Sequence record: NZ_CP123987.1
Strand: one strand, 5' to 3'
From: a plasmid
DNA: 64,000 bases
The first letter of the stretch is position 1; the number at the start of each line of letters is the position of its first letter. A model generated the notes under the pieces. The model worked only from the letters and a program-made list of their open reading frames with translations, was not told the origin of the DNA and did not search any database. A program made the translations under genes and the position numbers. Below, piece by piece: positions 28,208 through 38,406 of this stretch.

Positions 28208-31200
28208 ATGGAAAAGTTGCTAGGTGAAAAACGTCGCTACAAGCTTTATAAAGCTAAATCTAAGTGGGTGGTGTCAGCGATTATTACTATTTCTGGAGTT
28301 ACATTTTTAGTGACAAGTCCAGTTTCTAACGCTCAAGCCGATACCGTTAATGGTAGTGAAAGTGTAAAAACAGAAGCTACTCAGGCATCAAGTTCGAGTG
28401 TGCAGAATAATGCGACAGCTCAAACAACTGTTACAACCAATAGTAATAGTCCTAACAATGTTTCTAATGTTCAAACTGATACCGTAAAAGAAGCAACAAC
28501 AAGTGATGTTGACTCAGTAGCTAGTCAAAATCAAGCTACAACAGCTCAACAGGCTAAAACTATTGCTGATACTGCTGATCAGACAGTGCCACCAACAACC
28601 TATAAAGACCATGTCAAAGGAAATGTTCAAACTGCATGGGATAATGGCTATAAAGGGCAAGGTATGGTGGTTGCTGTTATTGATTCTGGTGCTGATACAA
28701 ACCATAAAGATTTCTCTAAAGCTCCTGAATCTCCAGCAATTTCTAAGGAAGATGCTGACAAGAAGATTAGTGAGCTAGGCTACGGGAAATATGCTTCAGA
28801 AAAATTCCCATTTGTATATAATTATGCGAGTCGTGACAACAACTGGGTTAAAGATGATGGCCCAGGTGCATCAGAACACGGTCAACACGTTACTGGTATC
28901 ATTGGTGCTGACGGCCAACCAAATGGCAATGAACGCTATGCAGTAGGGGTAGCACCTGAAACACAGTTAATGATGATGCGAGTATTTAATGATCAATTCG
29001 CTGATGAAAATACTGATGATATTGCTCAGGCAATTTATGACGCAGTTAAATTAGGTGCTAATGTAATTCAAATGTCCCTAGGTCAAGGCGTTGCAGCTGC
29101 TAATTTGAATGATGTAGAGCAAAAGGCAGTTGAATATGCAACTCAACATGGTGTATTCGTCTCCATTTCAGCTTCTAACAATGGTAATTCGGCAAGCGTT
29201 GATGGTGAAAAAGTTCCTTATGAACCAGGTGGAGCAGATGGAAACTTTGAACCATTCTCTAGTAGTACGGTAGCTAATCCAGGTGCATCGCGCAATGCAA
29301 TGACAGTTGCAGCTGAAAACTCAGTTGTAGGTGACGGCGATGATATGGCAGACTTCTCTTCTTGGGGTCCTTTACAAGATTTCACTTTGAAACCAGATGT
29401 ATCAGCTCCTGGGGTTAGTGTAACTTCAACAGGGAATGACAATCGTTACAATACTATGAGTGGAACTTCTATGGCTGGTCCATTTAACGCTGGGGTGGCA
29501 GCTTTAGTAATGCAAAGATTAAAAGCCACTACTAACTTAAGCGGAGCAGATTTAGTTCAAGCTACTAAAGCCTTAATCATGAATACAGCTAAGCCAATGA
29601 CGCAACAAGGATATGACACTCCGGTTTCTCCTAGACGCCAAGGTGCTGGTGAAATTGATGCAGGTGCTGCAACTGAATCTCCAGTATATGTTGTGGCAGC
29701 AGACGGCACAAGTTCTGTATCTTTGAGAAAAGTTGGAGATTCAACTCAATTCGCACTAACATTTAAGAACTTATCCGATAAAGATCAAACATATACTTTT
29801 AATGATTTTGGTGGTGGATTAACTGAAGTGCGCGATGCTGATACAGGAACTTTCCACGATGTTTATCTGGCAGGAGCACATGTCTATGGAGATAAGACAG
29901 TAACCGTTAAAGCTGGACAAAGTGCAACTTATAATTTCACATTATCTTTAACAGGTTTGAAAGAAAACCAATTAGTTGAAGGTTGGTTGAGATTTGTTGG
30001 AAATGATGGTCAAAATCAACTAGTAGTTCCATATCTTGCATATTATGGTGATATGACAAGTGAAGATGTATTTGACAAAGCTGCTAATCAAGAAGGTACA
30101 GTCTATGGTGGTAACTACTTTGTTAATGAAGACAACTATCCAAGAGGGGTAGCTGATGAAGATTCCTTAAAGGCTTTAGTAAATCTTGAAGGTAATTATA
30201 ATTGGCAACAAGTTGCTAAATTATATCAAGATGGAAAAGTTGCATTCTCACCAAATGCTGATGGTAAGAGTGACTTATTAAAACCATATGCCTTTGTTAA
30301 ACAAAATCTAAAGGATCTTAAAGTTGAAGTATTAGATAAGAATGGAAAAGTTGTTCGTGTAGTTGCAGATGAACAAGGTCTGGATAAGTCTTACTATGAA
30401 AGTGGAGTTAATAAAGATGTAACTTTATCAGTTTCAATGCGTAATAATCCAAATACTTTAGCTTGGGATGGAAAAGTATACGATGATAAGACCGGTGAAA
30501 TGGTAAATGCAGCAGATGGTGAATATACATATCGTTATGTTGCTACTTTGTATAATGATGGTGCAAATAAGGTTCAAACAGCTGATTATCCAGTAGTTAT
30601 CGACACAACAGCTCCAGTATTATCAAATGTTAAGTATGATGCTACGACACATACTTTAAGCTTTGATTATAAAGATACAGGATCTGGCTTTACAGATTAT
30701 TCTTATGCAGTAGTTAAAGTCAATGATAAGACATTTGGCTATAAGTTAAATGATGGCAAGAATTCGAAATTCTTAAATGCAGCTAAAACATCAGGAACAT
30801 TTAAAGCCGTATTAGATAGTGATACTTTAGCAGCACTAACTGCAGCAAAGAATGCTTTATCAGTTGCAGTTAGCGATGTAGCTGATAATACTTCAACAGT
30901 AACCTTACTGGTAAATGGAAACAATGATGCAACAACTAGAGTATCTGTTTGGAATGCAACTAACGGATTAGAACTCGATCAAAGTTCTCCAGATTATCAA
31001 GCAACAACTTCAACTTATAACTTACGTGGGAATGCAACATCTGATTTCTATTACAATGGTGCATTAGTTCAAGTTGATAACAGTGGTAATTTTGTGGTTC
31101 CTGTAAGTACAAGTGATACTGCGGTTGTCTTCACATCAGATGCAGCTGGTAAGAATGTAGTATATAAATTGAATACAGCAACTCCAAAGGCTGTTTTTGC

Positions 31201-32797
31201 ATGGCAAGTAAATAATACTGTTAAGGAAAACTTTGGTATTGTTTTAGATACAGTCGTAAGCAACAACAAGGATGATGTAGTCGTACAAGCAGCGGTTACT
31301 AAGGGGGATAATGTTGAAGCTTATGCACGTGACTACTTCACAGGTGCAGTATATAAAGCAGATGTAAAAGATGGATTAGCAACTTTCCATGTGAAAGTAA
31401 CTAATAATAGTGGTAGAACTGTATTGTTAGGATGGACAGAAGTTGTGGGACCAACATTTAATGATGTCCAACAAACATCTGCAAATGGTGTATATTTAGG
31501 AGTTGACGCATATGCAGGAAATCCGGCACCAGCACCAGCCTTTACAAATGCTGATCAATTAGGAACAAATGTTGTTCAAGAACAAGCTGATTCTGCTACA
31601 ATTGGTAATCCAGGAGATTTGCCAGGACACAGTCTAAAGGATCTAACAACACGTGCAGATGCTAACCCAGATATCCACTTTGACTACTTAAAAGATAATG
31701 ATTACAACTGGGTAGGAGCACAAGCTGTTAAAGATGGTGTATATAATCCATCAACACAAGTATTTACTTTAACAGGTAAGGTTGATCCAAATGTTAAATC
31801 ATTGGTGGTATTAGGAGATAGTTACAATGAAGCTGATCCTGTAAATAAGGTTAACTTAAATAGTGATGGAACATTTAGTTTCCAATTCCATACAGCACCA
31901 ACTTCACAAAGACCTGTTGCTTACATCTATACAAAAGATGATGGTTCAACAACTAGAGGTACAATGGAGTTAATCTTAGATACAGTTCTTCCAACACTTA
32001 GCTTAAATAATGTGGCTAATTTACAATTAGATAGCAATGGTGATTACCAAGTCTACACTAATAATAAAGACTTTAGTGTATCTGGAGAAGCTACTGATAA
32101 TTTGGACGGATATTGTTTCTTCTTCAATGGAGATAATGATTATCGCGAATTCCACAATTCTGGTGTGAACTTTGTTACTGAAGCACATCAAGATGGAAGC
32201 ACAGTAACTAATCCATATCCAGCATATAAGTTTAGCAAGACATTTAATTTAGCTGATACAACTGGCGAAACAACACACGTATATACATTGAGTGTAGTTG
32301 ACTTGACAGGTAATACTGTAACTAGGAAGTTCTATGTTCACTATCAACCAGCTAGTGATACAGTTAAGACTGTAACAACTGATAAAGATGGTGCAACTAA
32401 AGTACTAGTAGATTACAGTAACAATACATTGCAAGTAAAAGATAATACTGGTAGCTGGGTAAATGCTACTGGAGTCGAAGCTGCTAAGGATTATCGAGTA
32501 GTTAATGAATACGGTAATGTAGTGTTGCTACTAAATGTTCTTGTAGATAAAGAACAAGACAATAATAAAGTACAAGTTAATGAAGTTACAAATAATAAAG
32601 TAGAACAAACAGTAGTAACTAAGACTGTTTCAAATAAATCTGTAGCTAAAGTGGGCAAAAAAGCTGCAGAACCAGTAAAAGTATTACCACAAACTGGTGA
32701 AAATAACAGTAAATCTACTTCTGTTCTAGGTGCAGTCTTAGCCTCAATCGCAGGATTCTTAGGTGCATTAGGCTTAAGACGTGTTAAAAAAGATTAA
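28208..32797 (+). CDS. prtP: Cell-envelope subtilisin-like serine proteinase (lactocepin, S8 family)
   Basis: KxYKxGKxW-type signal peptide (RRYKLYKAKSKWV). Catalytic-triad motifs are VAVIDSGAD, HGQHVTG and GTSMAGP. A C-terminal LPQTG sortase motif is followed by a transmembrane segment and RRVKKD. The RBS aaggag favours the ATG at 28208 over the one at 28199. Confidence 0.9.
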   Translation: MEKLLGEKRRYKLYKAKSKWVVSAIITISGVTFLVTSPVSNAQADTVNGSESVKTEATQASSSSVQNNATAQTTVTTNSNSPNNVSNVQTDTVKEATTSDVDSVASQNQATTAQQAKTIADTADQTVPPTTYKDHVKGNVQTAWDNGYKGQGMVVAVIDSGADTNHKDFSKAPESPAISKEDADKKISELGYGKYASEKFPFVYNYASRDNNWVKDDGPGASEHGQHVTGIIGADGQPNGNERYAVGVAPETQLMMMRVFNDQFADENTDDIAQAIYDAVKLGANVIQMSLGQGVAAANLNDVEQKAVEYATQHGVFVSISASNNGNSASVDGEKVPYEPGGADGNFEPFSSSTVANPGASRNAMTVAAENSVVGDGDDMADFSSWGPLQDFTLKPDVSAPGVSVTSTGNDNRYNTMSGTSMAGPFNAGVAALVMQRLKATTNLSGADLVQATKALIMNTAKPMTQQGYDTPVSPRRQGAGEIDAGAATESPVYVVAADGTSSVSLRKVGDSTQFALTFKNLSDKDQTYTFNDFGGGLTEVRDADTGTFHDVYLAGAHVYGDKTVTVKAGQSATYNFTLSLTGLKENQLVEGWLRFVGNDGQNQLVVPYLAYYGDMTSEDVFDKAANQEGTVYGGNYFVNEDNYPRGVADEDSLKALVNLEGNYNWQQVAKLYQDGKVAFSPNADGKSDLLKPYAFVKQNLKDLKVEVLDKNGKVVRVVADEQGLDKSYYESGVNKDVTLSVSMRNNPNTLAWDGKVYDDKTGEMVNAADGEYTYRYVATLYNDGANKVQTADYPVVIDTTAPVLSNVKYDATTHTLSFDYKDTGSGFTDYSYAVVKVNDKTFGYKLNDGKNSKFLNAAKTSGTFKAVLDSDTLAALTAAKNALSVAVSDVADNTSTVTLLVNGNNDATTRVSVWNATNGLELDQSSPDYQATTSTYNLRGNATSDFYYNGALVQVDNSGNFVVPVSTSDTAVVFTSDAAGKNVVYKLNTATPKAVFAWQVNNTVKENFGIVLDTVVSNNKDDVVVQAAVTKGDNVEAYARDYFTGAVYKADVKDGLATFHVKVTNNSGRTVLLGWTEVVGPTFNDVQQTSANGVYLGVDAYAGNPAPAPAFTNADQLGTNVVQEQADSATIGNPGDLPGHSLKDLTTRADANPDIHFDYLKDNDYNWVGAQAVKDGVYNPSTQVFTLTGKVDPNVKSLVVLGDSYNEADPVNKVNLNSDGTFSFQFHTAPTSQRPVAYIYTKDDGSTTRGTMELILDTVLPTLSLNNVANLQLDSNGDYQVYTNNKDFSVSGEATDNLDGYCFFFNGDNDYREFHNSGVNFVTEAHQDGSTVTNPYPAYKFSKTFNLADTTGETTHVYTLSVVDLTGNTVTRKFYVHYQPASDTVKTVTTDKDGATKVLVDYSNNTLQVKDNTGSWVNATGVEAAKDYRVVNEYGNVVLLLNVLVDKEQDNNKVQVNEVTNNKVEQTVVTKTVSNKSVAKVGKKAAEPVKVLPQTGENNSKSTSVLGAVLASIAGFLGALGLRRVKKD

Positions 32798-32810
32798 TAA
32801 GTAATAACAA

Positions 32811-32853
32811 AGTGTCATTTGAGATATGAGTGAATCTCAATGGCACTTTTTTG
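32811..32853 (+). terminator. Rho-independent terminator of prtP
   Basis: Stem agtgtcatttgagat / atctcaatggcact followed by tttttt. Confidence 0.7.
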
Positions 32854-32925
32854 GTTTGAGTTGAAATAATAGTTAATTGATATAAAAAGTGATATCATAA
32901 TGATATCAAGAAAGAAGGTGGCGGA

Positions 32926-33285
32926 ATGACACAAGATGAGAAAATGACTTCGTTTTTGTTTAGATTATCAAAAGATTTGAAACAAAAATTAGAAAAAAGA
33001 GCACAGCTTGAAAATAAAAGTGTCAATGCAACTTTGCAAGAAATTGTATCGGTAACTTTAAAAGATCCACCTAAGCAAGTAGAACAGGGTTCACTTGAGC
33101 AAAGAAATTTTTTAGGTCACAAAGTAGCTGGTAAAGAAATTGATCAAATTAATGGATTAGTTAGTATTAAAGGTATTTATTATCGGTATTTGATTGAAGG
33201 AAATCAATCAGTAAATGAAAATATTGACTACATCGTAATTGAAGCAGTAGGCAATATAATAACTTTAAGACCGTTTACAACATAA
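32926..33285 (+). CDS. Hypothetical protein with an N-terminal ribbon-helix-helix-like segment
   Basis: SFLFRLSKDLKQKLEKRAQLENKSVNATLQEIV resembles an Arc/CopG RHH fold. Confidence 0.45.
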   Translation: MTQDEKMTSFLFRLSKDLKQKLEKRAQLENKSVNATLQEIVSVTLKDPPKQVEQGSLEQRNFLGHKVAGKEIDQINGLVSIKGIYYRYLIEGNQSVNENIDYIVIEAVGNIITLRPFTT

Positions 33286-33300
33286 AGAAGAGGTAATATC

Positions 33301-34113
33301 ATGTTAGGAATAAAAATTGTTCGACAAAATTGTCAAGGGTTAGTAGAAACGTTAGGAAAATATAGCCGAAGTGTTGAAGCTGGGTTACACTTTTATATTC
33401 CTTTTATTCAACGAATTCAATCAGTAGAATTAGCAATGCATCCATTAAGACTAGAAAAATATTCAGTAATAACTCAAGATAATGCGGAGATTGAAGCTAG
33501 TGTAACTTTAAATTATCATGTAACAGATGCAAAAAAGTATACTTATGAAAATACTGATTCAGTTGAGTCAATGGCACAATTAGTTAGAGGGCATTTACGT
33601 GATATCATTGGTCGAATGGATTTGAATGCAGCGTTAGGATCTACTTCAAAGATTAATGCTGAATTAGCTAGTGCAATTGGTGATTTGACCAATATCTATG
33701 GTATTAATGTGGATCGTGTTAATATTGATGAATTGACTCCTTCTGTTGAAATACAAAAAGCAATGGATAAACAATTGACAGCTGATAGGGAAAGAGTGGC
33801 AGTAATTGCGAAAGCTGAGGGTGAGGCTAGAAACATTAAATTAACAACAGATGCAAAGAATCAAGCATTAGTTGAGACTGCTCAAGCTGAAGCAGAAGCT
33901 ACAAAAAAACGTGCAGATGCTGAAAGTTACCGAATTAAAAAAATTCAGGAGGCACTGGAGTCAGTATCAGATAATTACTTTAAAGATCAGAGTATTGTAG
34001 CATTTACTAAGCTAGCTCAATCAGATACTAATTTAGTAGTTATGTCAAAAGAAGAAATTTCTGATTTAGGTAATATTCCTGTGATTGAAAAAATGTTAGA
34101 AATGAAAAAATAG
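33301..34113 (+). CDS. SPFH/band-7 (stomatin/prohibitin-like) domain protein
   Basis: SPFH core followed by an Ala/Glu-rich coiled-coil (AQAEAEATKKRADAESYRIKK). Confidence 0.8.
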   Translation: MLGIKIVRQNCQGLVETLGKYSRSVEAGLHFYIPFIQRIQSVELAMHPLRLEKYSVITQDNAEIEASVTLNYHVTDAKKYTYENTDSVESMAQLVRGHLRDIIGRMDLNAALGSTSKINAELASAIGDLTNIYGINVDRVNIDELTPSVEIQKAMDKQLTADRERVAVIAKAEGEARNIKLTTDAKNQALVETAQAEAEATKKRADAESYRIKKIQEALESVSDNYFKDQSIVAFTKLAQSDTNLVVMSKEEISDLGNIPVIEKMLEMKK

Positions 34114-34166
34114 TATAATTCACCATGGTATAGATGAGATTGGATTATATAAGGAAGGTAAAGAGT

Positions 34167-34502
34167 ATGGCGAAAAATGATTATTATGTGATTGTATATC
34201 GGGTTTTAATGTATTTGTATAATTGTTTAAGACAAGATGAGGTAGTCGATATGCAAAAACTAACACCTGAATACCTTCATATTAATTAAAGATACTTTGA
34301 GTATATTTTTGATACTTTAAATGATGAAGGATTAATTCTTAATAAAGCACATTACGAAGATATGCTTGGAAAACATTTAGAATCTGATATTATGATCAGT
34401 CCTAAAGGAATTTCATTTTTACATGAAAATAGCACTATTGATAAAGTCAAGAAGTCAGTTAAGGGAATTGCTGTTATTATTAGTGATATTCCTGGATTAT
34501 AA
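34167..34502 (+). pseudogene. YjcQ-like small protein interrupted by an in-frame TAA at 34287-34289
   Basis: A single reading frame gives MAKNDYYVIVYRVLMYLYNCLRQDEVVDMQKLTPEYLHIN*RYFEYIFDTLNDEGLILNKAHYEDMLGKHLESDIMISPKGISFLHEN.... The total length of about 111 aa fits the YjcQ family. Confidence 0.45.
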
Positions 34503-34687
34503 TATATCAACCTGAGCAAGTCGATAGTATGCTCTTTTTATGAACGAGAAAAACGATGAGATCAATAGTATAGTTGATTTTAAAAAGACTAGAAAATTAT
34601 TATAATCTTAAGGCAATATATTTGATAAAATGTTAAAAGTTAAATAAAATAATGTTGTACATAACTCTATGGAAAGAAGATGATATC

Positions 34688-35383
34688 ATGGCAGAAGAAT
34701 TACCAAGCTACAAGACAGAATTAATTTCAATCGAAAATTTGGAAAAAGACTACTATGAAATAAAGATTAAAAAACCTAATGATATGAATTGGGTGGCAGG
34801 TCAATACATGAGACTAGGCTTACCTACTAAAGAAATTACAGAAAAGAAAAAGTTACGTGCATTATCATTTGCTTCCTTACCTGAAGATGATGTAATCTTG
34901 CTAGGTACAAGAACAGGTAAAGAAATCAGTAACTTTAAACAAAATCTTTTAACTGTACAACCAGGTGAAGAAGTAGAAGTTAAGGGTCCATTGGGCCAAT
35001 TTACACTTCCTGAAGACGGAAATCAAACTTTAGTATTTTTTGCTGGTGGGGTAGGTGTTACACCTATTAGAGCATTACTTGAAAAACTAGCTAAAGATAA
35101 GAGTGAACGTACGATTAAATTTGTATATTCATCTTTGGATTATTATTTCTACAAGGAAGACTTTGCTGAATTTAAGAAATCATTACCAAATGCAGAATTT
35201 ATTTTTGTTCGCGATGAAAATGATGTAGATAGAGAATTAACAAAGTTGACAAGCGAACTAGCTAATGATGCGTTATATTATGTATCTTCTTCAGAAAAGA
35301 TTGTAGAAGCTGTAAGTCAATCGTTACAAGATAAGGGAATTGATGCTGAAAACATTAAGCACGATATCTTATACGGATACTAA
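34688..35383 (+). CDS. FNR-type FAD/NAD(P)-binding oxidoreductase
   Basis: RALSFAS (RxYS-type FAD motif) and FFAGGVGVTPIRALL (NAD-binding GxGxxP motif). ATG at 34688 has an RBS. Confidence 0.7.
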   Translation: MAEELPSYKTELISIENLEKDYYEIKIKKPNDMNWVAGQYMRLGLPTKEITEKKKLRALSFASLPEDDVILLGTRTGKEISNFKQNLLTVQPGEEVEVKGPLGQFTLPEDGNQTLVFFAGGVGVTPIRALLEKLAKDKSERTIKFVYSSLDYYFYKEDFAEFKKSLPNAEFIFVRDENDVDRELTKLTSELANDALYYVSSSEKIVEAVSQSLQDKGIDAENIKHDILYGY

Positions 35384-35540
35384 AATTATATAGATACGCA
35401 AAAATCTCTAAATATACAATGTGTATACTTAGAGATTTTTTCTATATTTTTTTAGAAATTGGTAATTTAATGACAATTTGGCGGAAATCTCCTTACTTTA
35501 GTGAGGGGATGGATAGCCTAAGCCTAGGACTCGTAGAGTC

Positions 35541-35972
35541 CTATTTTTTATATGCATTATATTTTTGGTCGTTAATATATCTCTCAACAACATCTTTACT
35601 CATGCTACCTAGAGAGCCTAGATAATAGCTAGAAGACCATAAATGACCGCCCCAATATTGTTTTTGTCTAATTTCTGGATGTGTTTGTAAGAATAGGAAT
35701 GCACTTCTGCCTTTTAGTGCTTTGATTACGTCTATTGCTGATTTTCTTGGTGGAAATGAAATAAGCATATGTACATGGTCTGGCATTACTTCCATTTTTT
35801 CAATGACTATTTCATTGTCGTCAGCTACTCTTTGTAGAATATCTTTCATTTCGTTAGATAACTTTTCATTTGTAAAAGTCTTATTTCTGTATTTTGTACA
35901 CCAAATTAAGTGAAAATGTAAATTATACACATAACGTTTTGTGTATATTGCGTCTTTTATTTTATTAGTCAT
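35541..35972 (-). CDS. tnpA: IS200-type Y1 (HUH) transposase TnpA
   Basis: HVHMLISFPP (HuH motif) and catalytic Tyr region YWGGHLWSSSYY. Confidence 0.9.
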   Translation of the reverse strand: MTNKIKDAIYTKRYVYNLHFHLIWCTKYRNKTFTNEKLSNEMKDILQRVADDNEIVIEKMEVMPDHVHMLISFPPRKSAIDVIKALKGRSAFLFLQTHPEIRQKQYWGGHLWSSSYYLGSLGSMSKDVVERYINDQKYNAYKK

Positions 35973-36071
35973 TGTATAGTCTCCTTTACCTTATAAAATT
36001 AACGATTTCTCTTGATACAAGCTAATACATTGATTATAATTATAGTATAAACTTAAAGGAGGTGAAATACA

Positions 36072-37349
36072 ATGAAGAAGATGAGTGATTTAGAGTATCA
36101 TTATGGATTGAAAATGCGTATTTATCCAAGCACTAACCAAAAGAAGATTATTAAAATCAATGGTAACATTGCTAGAACTGTTTATAATAAAATGGTTGCT
36201 ATTGACCAAGAATTATACAAGTTAAAACAAGTTAAGTTACCTATTGATATTGTTAAGGAACGTATTAAAGAATTAAAAAGTCGTAAAAACGCTAGAAATT
36301 TGTCTAATCATTATCAGTACATGCAAGATAAGAATATTGATAGTTTAGCTAAAGCTAACGCTATTCAAAATTATCAAAAAGCGTGGAAGATGTTTAGAAA
36401 AGTACATTTATCTGGTACACCTAAGTTCCATAAAAAGAGTTACCGTTTGAGTTATCAAACTAATGCTCAATATGGTAAAGATGCTAAAATGGACGTTTAT
36501 TCTGCTAGCGTAAAATTTCTTGATAAGAATCATATTAGTTTGCCTAAATTAGGTAGATTAAGAGTATCTGGTTCTCACCGTCGTATTATTGACAATAAAG
36601 ATGATATTAGAATCGGTACTGTTACTATCTCTAAAGATACAGCTGATAGATATTTCGTATCAATGCAATTAGGCTCTGATACACCATTTGTAAAGAAATT
36701 AGCTAAAACTAATTCTCAAGTTGGTGTTGATTTGAATACAGAGAATTTTTTGACCGATAGTTTTGGTAAAGTGGTAGCTAATCCGCGTTATTACCGTACT
36801 ATTAAAGGTAAAATAGCTAAAGCTCAAAAAGTATTATCTAGAAGGCAAAGAAGAGCTAAAAAAGAAAAACGTTCTTTACGTGATAGTAAAAATTATCAAA
36901 AACAAAGAGTTTTAGTAGCTAAGCTCCATGACAGAGTGCGCAATCAACGTAATAACTTTTTGAATCATGTTACTACTGCACTTATCAATAACCACGATTT
37001 GGTGGTAGTAGAAAATTTGAGAAGTAAAAATATGCTCAAGAATCATGCTTTAGCTATGTCTATATCCGATGTTGGCTGGAGAAGCTTTTTACAGAAATTG
37101 GATTATAAAGCTAATTTGTATAACAGAACAGTTATATCAGTTAATCCTAAAAATACAACACAGACTTGTTATGCTTGTGGCTTTATAATGGGAACAAATG
37201 GAACTGATAAGTTGAATCTCAAGGATAGAGAATGGACTTGTCCTAATTGTCATGAACACCATATTAGAGATTGGAATGCAGCTAAAAATATTCTAGCTAA
37301 AGGATTAGACAAGTTAGAAAAACCAAAAAACTTAGCTAAAGCTAAGTAA
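36072..37349 (+). CDS. tnpB: TnpB (IS605 OrfB, RNA-guided RuvC-like nuclease)
   Basis: RuvC-like core and C-terminal zinc finger CYACG...CPNCHEHHIRDWNAAKNI. Confidence 0.9.
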   Translation: MKKMSDLEYHYGLKMRIYPSTNQKKIIKINGNIARTVYNKMVAIDQELYKLKQVKLPIDIVKERIKELKSRKNARNLSNHYQYMQDKNIDSLAKANAIQNYQKAWKMFRKVHLSGTPKFHKKSYRLSYQTNAQYGKDAKMDVYSASVKFLDKNHISLPKLGRLRVSGSHRRIIDNKDDIRIGTVTISKDTADRYFVSMQLGSDTPFVKKLAKTNSQVGVDLNTENFLTDSFGKVVANPRYYRTIKGKIAKAQKVLSRRQRRAKKEKRSLRDSKNYQKQRVLVAKLHDRVRNQRNNFLNHVTTALINNHDLVVVENLRSKNMLKNHALAMSISDVGWRSFLQKLDYKANLYNRTVISVNPKNTTQTCYACGFIMGTNGTDKLNLKDREWTCPNCHEHHIRDWNAAKNILAKGLDKLEKPKNLAKAK

Positions 37350-37560
37350 AGGGTGCGTTTGGCAGCTCGCGCCACCCGTATATTATTGTATACAAAGTGC
37401 TGTGGTAAATTGATGTGTAAGATGTAAGTATCTTTTTTTGGATATTTATGCTGTATTTTACCCACGGAAGAGTGTGTTAGTAGAGCCGAAAGGCTTGAAC
37501 ACTCACAAGCTCCATGTCTTTAGACTGGAGTGAGTTGACTAGAGAAGCCTGGCGTCTATT
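37350..37560 (+). ncRNA. Putative TnpB omega-RNA (right-end-derived guide-RNA scaffold)
   Basis: Highly structured region immediately 3' of tnpB: gggtg...caccc, then cactcacaagctcca...tggagtgagtg. In IS200/IS605 elements the TnpB guide RNA derives from this right-end region. Confidence 0.35.
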
Positions 37561-37689
37561 AAGAAATACTTTTCTTGATGAGCGTCAATTTTTTTAACGG
37601 AAATCTATCCTATACTAAATTCAGTAAAGAAAAAGGAGGAATCAAAGAAAGCTATTTTAAACAAACCAAAATTATAGGAGGAATAAATC

Positions 37690-38262
37690 ATGACTGAAAA
37701 TAAAGCTACTCAAGAAAGAACACCCCAAGAAAGATTGCAAGAAGAACAAGAACACAAGGAACATGTTCATCATACGAAAATTAATGCAGCGGCCATTGCA
37801 GATCATCTTTTAGGCAACATGCATACATTACATGTGAAACTGCACCAATATCACTGGTATGTAAAAGGAGCCAATTTCTTTACGTTGCATGAAAAATTTG
37901 AAGAGTTGTATAACGAAAATGAAAAATGGTTCGACAAACTTGCGGAGCGTCTAATTACTTCTGGGCATAAACCTGCTTCGACAACGGTTGAATTTGAAAA
38001 ATATTCGATACTTTCGGAAGATGCAGTTAATAAATACTCTAAAGCAGAAGACATGGTTGAAAATATTATCGAGGACTTCAGAAGCACTCGTGACCTAACT
38101 ATTCGCGCGATTCGTTTAGCTCAAGACGAGGGTGACGATGCTTTAGAAGATACATTGATTGCTTTTAAAAATGACTTAGACAAGAACATTTGGATGCTGC
38201 AAGCGTTCATTGGTAAAGAAGCATTAGAAGATGATGACGCTCTTGATGAGGATGGAGATTAA
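37690..38262 (+). CDS. dps: Dps family DNA-protecting ferritin-like protein
   Basis: HVKLHQYHWYVKGANFFTLHEKFEELY matches the Dps ferroxidase-centre region. Strong RBS aggagg. Confidence 0.85.
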   Translation: MTENKATQERTPQERLQEEQEHKEHVHHTKINAAAIADHLLGNMHTLHVKLHQYHWYVKGANFFTLHEKFEELYNENEKWFDKLAERLITSGHKPASTTVEFEKYSILSEDAVNKYSKAEDMVENIIEDFRSTRDLTIRAIRLAQDEGDDALEDTLIAFKNDLDKNIWMLQAFIGKEALEDDDALDEDGD

Positions 38263-38406
38263 GGTAAAAGTAGAAGCTGATTTAGGGATTGGAATTCTTT
38301 CCAGTCCTTTTTCCATTTTCTTGATGTGCATCAATTTTTTTGTAGTAAGAGACTTATATAATAAAAGCAGCGAATATAAACAAAATAAATAAAGGGGGAG
38401 AATGAA

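Larger units (their letters stand above)
35420..37570. mobile_element. IS200/IS605-family insertion sequence with divergent tnpA and tnpB
   Basis: Y1 transposase plus TnpB. The left-end subterminal hairpin is ggactcgtagagtcc (about 35528-35542). The right end carries structured hairpins at 37351-37379 and 37500-37545. Boundaries are approximate. Confidence 0.8.

Noticed and set aside
35419-35625. 68-aa ORF at the left end of the IS200/IS605 element, and ORF 35722-35913.
   Set aside because: They overlap the IS subterminal hairpin region and the tnpA antisense strand. They are more plausibly structural DNA or RNA of the element than protein-coding.
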